A stretch of 64,000 nucleotides of DNA from Paraspadella gotoi (lineage: Eukaryota; Animalia; Chaetognatha), in assembly GCA_051294375.1 (NCBI GenBank), contig CM119264.1, forward strand, positions 4,859,070 to 4,923,069. The letters are read 5' to 3'. Position 1 is the first letter of the stretch, and each line of letters opens with the position of its first letter. The position numbers and the translations under genes were made by a program. Of this stretch, positions 55,853-64,000 are shown in pieces. The notes below the pieces were generated by a model that had not been told where the DNA came from, made no database searches, and saw nothing but the letters and a program-made list of their open reading frames with translations.

Positions 55853-57328
55853 TTAATTCTTTTCGTCTCCGCAATGCTCTTCGTCTTCCGGTCCCAAGCA
55901 CTCGACGGACGCAATCTGTCCGCCGGCGACGTTTTTCATTTCCTGGGACGCGCTACGCGGAATGTCGAGACCCGCCGCCGGTCGCGCTCCGTCGACGACG
56001 GCGGTAAAAGCGACGCCGCAAAGAACCTCGATGTTGTGCCACCTCATCCTCCGCTCCTTCAAGTCACTCCTCACTTCCTCCAAGGCTCGACGGGCGTCCC
56101 TCATCTTGAGGTCGACCTCGTCCATGGAGCCGCTGTGGGCGAGACGAATGTTGCCCAACACGGAGGACTTTTTCTTCTTCACCTTGTCGAGGTAATCCTT
56201 GGCGCCGGCCAACTGCTGCTCCGCCTCCGCCTTTTTCCGTGCGTAGCTGACTGATTCGCGGCGGTATGTGTCCACGAGAAGGTCGACGAGCTCATGGGGC
56301 ACGTCATAATCCGGGGATCGGGTTCCGTGATTCTCCAGCTCTTTCTCCGCCTGCTTCAGGGCCGATCGAACCTGCGCCAACTCTTCTTCGGCGAACTTCA
56401 ATCGTTCAGCTATGGCCTCAGAGTGAAGGCGTTGTTCCCGAAAACCGTCGGCCTCTTTCTTAATGTTTTGAATTTGATCGGCCAGGCCTCTCTTCTCCTC
56501 CTCCTCTTTCTTCTTCGCTTCGGCCAATTCTTCGCGTTTTTTCTCCTCGACCTGCAGTCTCTCGTTCAATGACTCCAGCTCATTCTCCGCCGTCGTCAAC
56601 GTCTCGATGTTCTTGTGCAGCCTTTCCATCTCCTCCGTGTAATTCCGGCTCTGACGACGGGCCACCCAGATGCAGGTGGTGGCTACGATGGCGGCCACGG
56701 CTAGGAGAGTGTCCTTGATCCAGTGGCTGGAGCGGGGACACGGGCCAAAGAGCACCGTGTCTTGCGCCTTCAAAATAATCTTTTTCTTGTCGTCGCTCTG
56801 AACAGCTCCTTTGCCGAAGAACCGATTGAAAAAGTGATCCTTATTGGCGGCGATGAGCGGCAGGTGCAGCCCCGTCACGCCCAGCTGCCTGAAGAGGGCG
56901 TCGTACTTTGGACCGCCTGCGCAGTCGAGTAGCCAAGCCGACACCTCCTCGGCGCCCCAAAGGAAGACTTGAGATTCTCGAAAGGCGCCCCAAAGGTCGT
57001 CGACCGTGATCTGGGCGTCGCCTCCGTGAAACTTGGTCTCTCGTGACTTTCCGTTAGCCTGATGAAGTTCGTCCTGGATGAAACCGGAAGTCTCGCCCGG
57101 CTCGACGCTGCCCGACTGGTCGTCGTCCATGAGGGCGTGGAGGAAGGCGATCGCCTCGAGGGCGGCCGTCTCGAGTTCGGCGCGTGAAGCGAAGGAGACG
57201 GAGGACGGAGACGACGGAGACGAGGACAAGGAGAGCGGGAAAATCAAAGCGAATACGAACGGAACTAATCTTCGGAGGTACATCTTGGCTTTTGTTTTTG
57301 AAAATGCCATTAAAAAGTTAATACGCAT
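55853..57328 (-). CDS. STIM: Stromal interaction molecule (STIM), single exon; true start may be one of the downstream ATGs (~57307 or ~57283)
   Basis: Signal peptide; EF-hand LHALMDDDQSGSVEPGET; SAM (..VTGLHLPLIA..LKAQDTVLFGP); TM (WIKDTLLAVAAIVATTCIWVA); coiled coil; SOAR/CAD KVKKKKSSVLG..AHSGSMDEVD..ERRMRWHNIEVLCG. Confidence 0.95.
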   Translation of the reverse strand: MRINFLMAFSKTKAKMYLRRLVPFVFALIFPLSLSSSPSSPSSVSFASRAELETAALEAIAFLHALMDDDQSGSVEPGETSGFIQDELHQANGKSRETKFHGGDAQITVDDLWGAFRESQVFLWGAEEVSAWLLDCAGGPKYDALFRQLGVTGLHLPLIAANKDHFFNRFFGKGAVQSDDKKKIILKAQDTVLFGPCPRSSHWIKDTLLAVAAIVATTCIWVARRQSRNYTEEMERLHKNIETLTTAENELESLNERLQVEEKKREELAEAKKKEEEEKRGLADQIQNIKKEADGFREQRLHSEAIAERLKFAEEELAQVRSALKQAEKELENHGTRSPDYDVPHELVDLLVDTYRRESVSYARKKAEAEQQLAGAKDYLDKVKKKKSSVLGNIRLAHSGSMDEVDLKMRDARRALEEVRSDLKERRMRWHNIEVLCGVAFTAVVDGARPAAGLDIPRSASQEMKNVAGGQIASVECLGPEDEEHCGDEKN

Positions 57329-58380
57329 AAAAGTTATAATTTTAATTTGTTAATGGAAAATCCACTTGTACAGAACCTCCAAACCCCGAATCCAACTGCG
57401 CCTCGACCGTGAACAGGAGAGAGAGGTAGGGGAGAAGATTGCGCAGGATCATCTCCGCTGAAGTTGAGGGCAAAGAGGGAACGATACATTATTAAAGCGA
57501 AGGAAAAGCTATGTCAAAAACTATATCCAACTTACCTATTTCATTCAAATATAAGTCTTCAAACTCAAGAAATTGTCGGCATTAATATCTGTAAAGAGCT
57601 TAGAAATTTTTATTCGAAGCAAGTTTGTTTCTAATAAAAGTCATATACAATGAGATTATGAAGTGGCCTAGCACTACCAATTGCGAACAATTTTATCATC
57701 TCGAGTCACGATCTTTTTTTTATGAAATAAAAAAAATTGTCATCTAAATTTTTTTTAACAACCAAGTGACCACATTAATAAATTCCTTCGAAGCCTAAAC
57801 AAAAAAAAGTTACATTTAAAAAACAGAAATTAGGAAGAGAATTCCCGCGTATCACCGGTAATTTCAGAATGTTGATTAAATTACGTGGAAGATTTCATTG
57901 ACGGCACTAAATACAATGCAACAGTGCCGAGGACGCAAAAGAATACCAAGGACCACGACGAAATTCGACCGGAAATCGAGGAAGAGAGAGAGAGAGAGAG
58001 AAAAGAGAGAGAAAACTAAGTAATACGTAGCTCGGAAATGAAATATTATTTCGTTTTTCTACGGAAATTTGTTGTCTAGAGAAGAAAATCGGAAACCAAG
58101 GCCGATCTCGAAAAAATAAAACGCTGAGGTTTTTGCTATTCGCAACGACCTTGAAATTCCAGGACGTCTGACGCCAATACGCGTCTACGATTGGGGTTAT
58201 TCAACATCGAGTCATTTTTTTTTAGTCATCGAGGGAGACGGAAATTTCAAAGGCACATCCGAACCAGTTCCCGCCCCCCGTGGTAATAAAATCGCGGCCC
58301 CCGTGACCATAACGGAAAATCATAATTCGATGTACGATTAGGAAATAATACTAAAATTAAAGAAAAAAAAAACTAATTGG

Positions 58381-59959
58381 TTAAGCCTTTTCATGGTACA
58401 AATACAAATTGTTGGTGGCGGCGACGGCGAGAACGTTGTCGCGAGGGTGCCAGGCGGAATGGAGGATTTTTTTGTTGAAGTCGAGGCAATCGACGGAGAT
58501 CTCGTCCTTCTTCCTCTTGTTGGTGCTGCAGACCTTTCGCGGCTTGAGAGCCTGTCCCGGACGGACATTGTCGCGGGAAGACTCGAAGGTGGAGTCCCAC
58601 TTGCTTCCACGGTCGAACATGCGGAAGAAGTTGTTGTAGCTCCCAGTCATGATTTGCGAGTCGTCGCCCTTCCAGGCGCACTCGAACTTGTCGAAGATGC
58701 AGTCGTTCTCGTAGAGAGAACAGAGCTTGCTGCGCAGGTACTCGTGGACCTGGTAGGTCTCCACGGGCTTCGAGTCCATGTTCATGTCCCACACTTTGAC
58801 GGAGAGATAATCTCGGGAGATTAGATAGCGTCCACTGTGACTGAACTTGACGTCGGAGATGCTGGAGATGATTTCCGAGAAGAAGCTTCGGTTGGTCGGG
58901 TCCTCGGGTTCCTCGAAAAGCTTGGAATGCCGGTCGCACAGCGCCGAGGAGCGCATATCGCAAAGACGGATGGTGCCTTTGCTGCTGCTGTAGGCGAAGA
59001 CGTTGCAGTTGATGGGGTGAAACTCGGCGGCCGTGATCACCTCCGTAAGGTCTTCCATGTTGGCCGGTTTGATGTCGACGATGTTGAAGCTTTGGTTGGT
59101 GATTTCCAAGTTCCACAGGTTGATGCGGAGATCGTCGGCGCTCATATAAGTCTCGTCGTCGCTGTTAATGGAGATCGAGTTGACGTGGTAGGTGTGGGCG
59201 TTGGCGAATATCTTCCTGGGGCTGGCCTCCACCATGAGTTCCATGGGGCGAATGACGGGCACGCGCAGTGAGGTCACGGTCCTGGGATTCATCGGTGCTC
59301 CGGTCTCCTCCTCCTTCAGGTTAAAGCCCTCGACTCTCTTGTCCCGTTCTTGGATCTTCCACAGCTTGACGGTTTTGTCGTTGGTGGAGAGGAGAAAGTG
59401 GGCCTGATTTTTGCGCTTGAGCCACTTAATCTTGTTGATCTTCTCCTCGATCTCCAGCGACTTGAGGTAATCGAATTCGGGCTCGTGACTTTGGAACGTG
59501 CTGTACACCGTGTAGTCGCCCTTGTTCGCCTTTGACTTGTCCTGGTCTTGCTGGAAGATGACGACGCGGCCACCCTTGTCGCCCGTGGCCAGCAACTCCC
59601 CGTCGTGGTTGAACTCCACGCAGGAGATGATGTCTGCCTCTGTGACGTCGTCATCTTCCACGGCACCTTTCACCTGGAGAGTTAAGGCAATTATATCTTC
59701 GCGTTGAGGGAAAATAGAGCACAAAAGCATAGCATTATCATAACATTGTATAAATTTTTAAATATTTTTAAATATTGTGTTAACTAAAATTAAAATAACT
59801 TTTAATATTCTCTTTACAACTCCTTCGAAAAGCGTCATAAATAGCTGCTTTTTTTGTCACCTGCGAAAAGCACCACTGCGTTTCGCCGGTTGCGCCGGAA
59901 CCGTTGACGGCGGCGAGACCCGCCGGAGAGTTGGCGAGGCCCCCGCTGCTTCCGGCCAT
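58381..59959 (-). CDS. PPP2R2: PP2A regulatory subunit B55 (PPP2R2 family), two coding exons (59959-59861, 59673-58381)
   Basis: QWCFSQ|[32 protein letters not shown]; [23 protein letters not shown]; [13 protein letters not shown]; [11 protein letters not shown]. Confidence 0.98.
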
Positions 59960-60349
59960 GTAAGAATCGAATTTCCTTTTGAGTTGAATGATTGAAACTC
60001 GAGTGAACCTCTTAGGGAAAAAGTCTCGATCTTCTTCGCGCCTTCGATCTTTTCCTACTTTGTCTCGATCGATTCTCTTCGAATCTCTTTCGTTTCTTTC
60101 GCCGTTGGGAATTAAAGGGGGGAGAAAGGGAAGAGATGAGGTAACGCTGGTACTAGTCTTACTGCTATTCCGTGGGGTCGACAATAACGTGAGCTGGCCA
60201 AAAAATATTTTGACTAAAGAGCTAAAAAAAACGGAAAAACAAATGGGGGGAGGAGGGAGAAAAACTGAAAGAAGGAGGGAAAGAACGATAAAAGGCGACA
60301 TTTCGAAACATACGTCAATTTTGAAACAATTGAAACAATGTTAGTTGTT

Positions 60350-61325
60350 TTAAACAGTGATGAGGGGCGGGAAAGGATTTTGTTTGCTAACAACAAGTTT
60401 TTGGTGTTGGTGAGAAATATATCCTTTGATTTTCCCATCGTAGATCAAATTGGCCAAAAGGCATTCGCACTCTTCCGAGTCGATGTCCTCGTGAGGTTGA
60501 ACCGACTTGAGAGCAGTGACAAAAGCGGATATCGGCAGTTGAGAAACCTTTCCAACAGAAAAGGGGATTAAAGATTAATGGTGAAAAGTGACATTAAGCG
60601 CTTACTGTAACAGACTAAGGGTAATAATTTCCAAAATATCTTCGACTTGGCATTATGTACAAAATACTAAATTACTAGGTTTTATTTCATCTTATTTTCT
60701 TTGCTATTGAAACTCGCGATAACCCGAGATTAAAATATAATTTTCAACATCCAAGATCTCATGTTTCCTCTTTTCAATCATAAACCAACGTTTTGAAACA
60801 CTCACAACAAATGCTAAAAAGCGAATACCATTATGGGATGGGCTAAAAGAAGGAAACTTAAGGGAGTGGTAAATCTAGTCCGGTTCAAACCGCTCTCGAC
60901 CAGCTACCGATTTAACTCGTCAAACCCAATCTGGCCGAAATACCGCCAAAAGGTCGTCAGTTCTCGTTGGAAATCTATTTGTTCTTTTATTTGCCTCCTT
61001 TTTAACACCTGGTTCTCTATCTTGACTGGTTCATAGCTGTCAGGGGTTCTTATTTAGGGCTTTTTACATGACTTAATAAATAATAATAATCTTCTCACCT
61101 TGGTAGAAGCGTTTAAAATCAAATAAACCTTTTTGAAAAGGTTTCGCATTGTGATAGTTTTCAACTTTTCCAATATTAAGTAAATCCCACATTTGATAAA
61201 AAAAGCTTCGTTTTTGGACAGCGCGTCGTCTAATTTCTTTAGATTTCCAGATTTGACTCCTTGCGCGACGTCAGCGAACGCCATCAATTCATATTTCTTC
61301 AGTAAAGACACTTGGGGCATTTGTC
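60350..61325 (-). CDS. PCID2: PCI domain-containing protein 2 (TREX-2/Thp1 homolog), last two exons only (61325-61099, 60547-60350)
   Basis: [43 protein letters not shown]; [35 protein letters not shown]. Confidence 0.92.
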
Positions 61326-61745
61326 CTTAAAAAAAAGTAAACAGTAAAAACATTAATGTTTAATGTTTCGTAAAAATCCCTTTATCCTCATCATTTTCCT
61401 TTGACCTCTGACCGCCGACACGGTTCCCTCGTTTCTCGTTTCTCCAAACCGGATTTTCGGACCAGAAACCGATGGACCGAAACGGCGGGATACAATAACA
61501 CGGCAACGAGGATTGGATCGTACGATCGTACGATATTTTTGGCCAATCAAACCGTTCCCCACCGTAAACAGGAACGAAAACGATGCCAACGCTGACCGAT
61601 CACCAGAAGGCATTCCTTCTCAATTTTAAAGTCGGAATTCGATCAAATACGTACTTTTTGTGGCATTTAAATACCAAGGACGTGATCGACCTTCTCTCCC
61701 TCAACCACATTCACTGCTGAATTTTATTTCAGAAAGTTGATTTCG

Positions 61746-63247
61746 ATGGGAAAAATCGCTCTTATTAGCGCCATCCTCTTCAGCGTTACGATCTGCGTAA
61801 CGCAAAATGAGGCCAAAAACTTGCCGCCCAAAAAAATTCGCCCCATTTTGATGATGCATGGGTTAGTTTCTGGTGAGTGTTTGAAAATTTTTTTAAGTAG
61901 ACACCCAAATATAATAAATTACTGACCGAGAAAATATCAAATGTAATTGATAAAATTTATTATGTATTTCCGCGTATAATAATTTTTTTATATATATAAA
62001 ATTTCCCAAAGTAAAAATTTGTTTCACATTGTATTTCTCAAAAAGAAATAACGAGGGTAATTTTTTTCTAAATTACAGGGTCTTCATCTCTTGATGAAAT
62101 ACGCGATGCAATTTTAAAAGAGCACCCGGGCACGATAATACATATGGTTGAAATGTTCAGCTACATTCACTCCATTTCCAATTTATCGCTTCAAGTCAAA
62201 TCTCTCTCAAAGACGGTGCGAGAATTTACAGATAATGTGACTGAAGAAATCACACTCATATGTTTTTCACAAGGTATACCAAATCGAGATTGTTACTAAG
62301 TTAAAATAAACAATTACTTAATACTTATTTATTAAATAAGTTTGCGAACTTTTTCCAGGTGCCTTAATTTGTCGTGGCTTGTTACAATACACCTCCAATC
62401 ATAAAGTTCACACTTTTATATCACTTGCTGGGCCACTTGCCGGACAGTTTGGCAGTAAGTAAACTTAAACTTAATTATTAAGTTCTCATCAAATTAACAG
62501 ACTGAATATTGGTTGAACTTTCATTTTCCAGTGACTAATTTACTCTTTACGTGGCTCGCGGGAAAAACCAAGTACCTCCTTTACAAATTTCTGTACACTT
62601 ATTATGGTCAGACCTACTCCATAGGAAATTTATGGCGAGATCCATATCATTACGACTCATATTTAAAAGTTAACAAGTTTCTCTCAGAACTGAATAACGA
62701 GGTATTTTGTAAAGCAAAATTATATACGTTTACAAAGATTTATCTAATAAAAATAAAATATTTTTCTCTTGAAATGTCTTATAGGTAAAACACAAAAAGG
62801 AAAAAGATTTCAAAAAAAACTTTCTCCAGCTAAAAATATTAGTCATGGTCGGAGGCCCCGACGATGATGTCATCCAACCCTGGGAATCGAGCTTATTCGG
62901 ATTTTTCCCAAAAAATTCTGACCAACTAGTCTTACCATTTTACAAGACAAACGCGTAAGTAATACCCTTAATACTATAATTTACAGACTATATTATGATT
63001 TATTCTTGGCTTATTGGCGCTACTAACTTTACGCATCTTCATTTTAAAATATAAATAATTTATCAAATTCAACTTAGTTTTTAATATAATAACTTTGATC
63101 ACAAGGTATCTTGACGATGCTTTTGGACTAAAAACTTTGCACAATCGAGGTGGAATTCGACTGCATAACATTCCTGGAATCAAACACACTGAATGGCATG
63201 CTAATAGGGGAGTCTTCGATGAAGCAATATTTCCTTACTTGTATTAG
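61746..63247 (+). CDS. PPT2: Lysosomal thioesterase PPT2-like (palmitoyl-protein thioesterase family), 6 exons
   Basis: Signal peptide; PILMMHGL; nucleophile ICFSQ|GALICRG; [15 protein letters not shown]; [11 protein letters not shown]; [18 protein letters not shown]; [11 protein letters not shown]; GIKHTEWH. The Ser-Asp-His triad appears intact. Confidence 0.9.
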
Positions 63248-64000
63248 TTGTACCCTTGTTTTTTGTTTTTACCAGGTATTTGTCATTAATTATTTTTATA
63301 CAAATTGTTTTAGTTTGTAGTTTTGCGAAGTTATTATGTATTTAATGTTATGATCAAGCACCATTAAAAAAAGCCATGATCAATGTTTACAAAAGTAGTT
63401 AAAAAAAAGAAGAAATTATTTGTTTTTGATTCATAAAAAGGAACTTAAATCGTCTTAGACTAGAAATCTACTATGAAATTAAATTCAATAGGGGCGGGGG
63501 TTCAAAACTTTAGTCTTGAAGTCTACTTTTAGGTAAAAAAAATGATTTTTTAAAAAAGTTCGATTTTAATGCTTTTATAAATTTATTGTTGCTATTAAAA
63601 TTACAATATTACTATATAATGATAAAAATTTTTTTAATCAATCTTAACTTTTTTTTGATGGATTCTGATAGAGCATAAAAAGTTAAATAAAAACTTTAAC
63701 TACAACTTTCAAAAATATTTATGTTTTCTTGGAAAAAGTAATAAAATTATCGAAAAATGATAATGATGATGATTATAAGTAGTTTTTCATATTTTTCTTA
63801 CAATTATGATCAAAATATCGAAAAAAGAATTATACTTTGTGTAGACAACTTTTTGCAAGCTACCTGAATCTGATCTTAAAAATAAAAAAATCCTAAAAAA
63901 ATTTTTAGCCTTTCCTATTTATAAATAAATATTAAAAAATTAATTTATGGAATATGGAGTAATATTAAAAAATTTTGTCTATTCAAATTTTTTAAAAAAT

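Overview
Eukaryotic (animal-type) genomic DNA from a gap-filled draft assembly, with three 25-N gaps, one 230-N gap and locally indel-rich sequence. The first ~21.5 kb is rich in microsatellites and minisatellites. It holds the 3' eight exons of a + strand alkaline phosphatase that ends in a transmembrane helix plus cytoplasmic tail. From ~21.9 to 61.3 kb there are 12 consecutive minus-strand housekeeping genes with mostly tiny introns: PCID2 (3' part), PP2A-B55, STIM, EMC10, DDX20, RB1, NUP37, BARD1, H3.3, hnRNP A/B, SF3B2 and RNF141. Many are only ~150-400 bp apart, with U-rich spacers and apparently unpaired 3' splice acceptors, which suggests eukaryotic operons resolved by spliced-leader trans-splicing. 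The window also holds a solo LTR with a 4-bp TSD, a TTAA-flanked long-TIR (Kolobok-like) element with a nested foldback MITE filling H3.3 intron 2, a candidate poison exon with a UAGG cluster in the hnRNP gene, and a PPT2-like gene probably nested antisense in a PCID2 intron. Gene identities come from recalled protein motifs, not database searches. Exon boundaries were read by eye.
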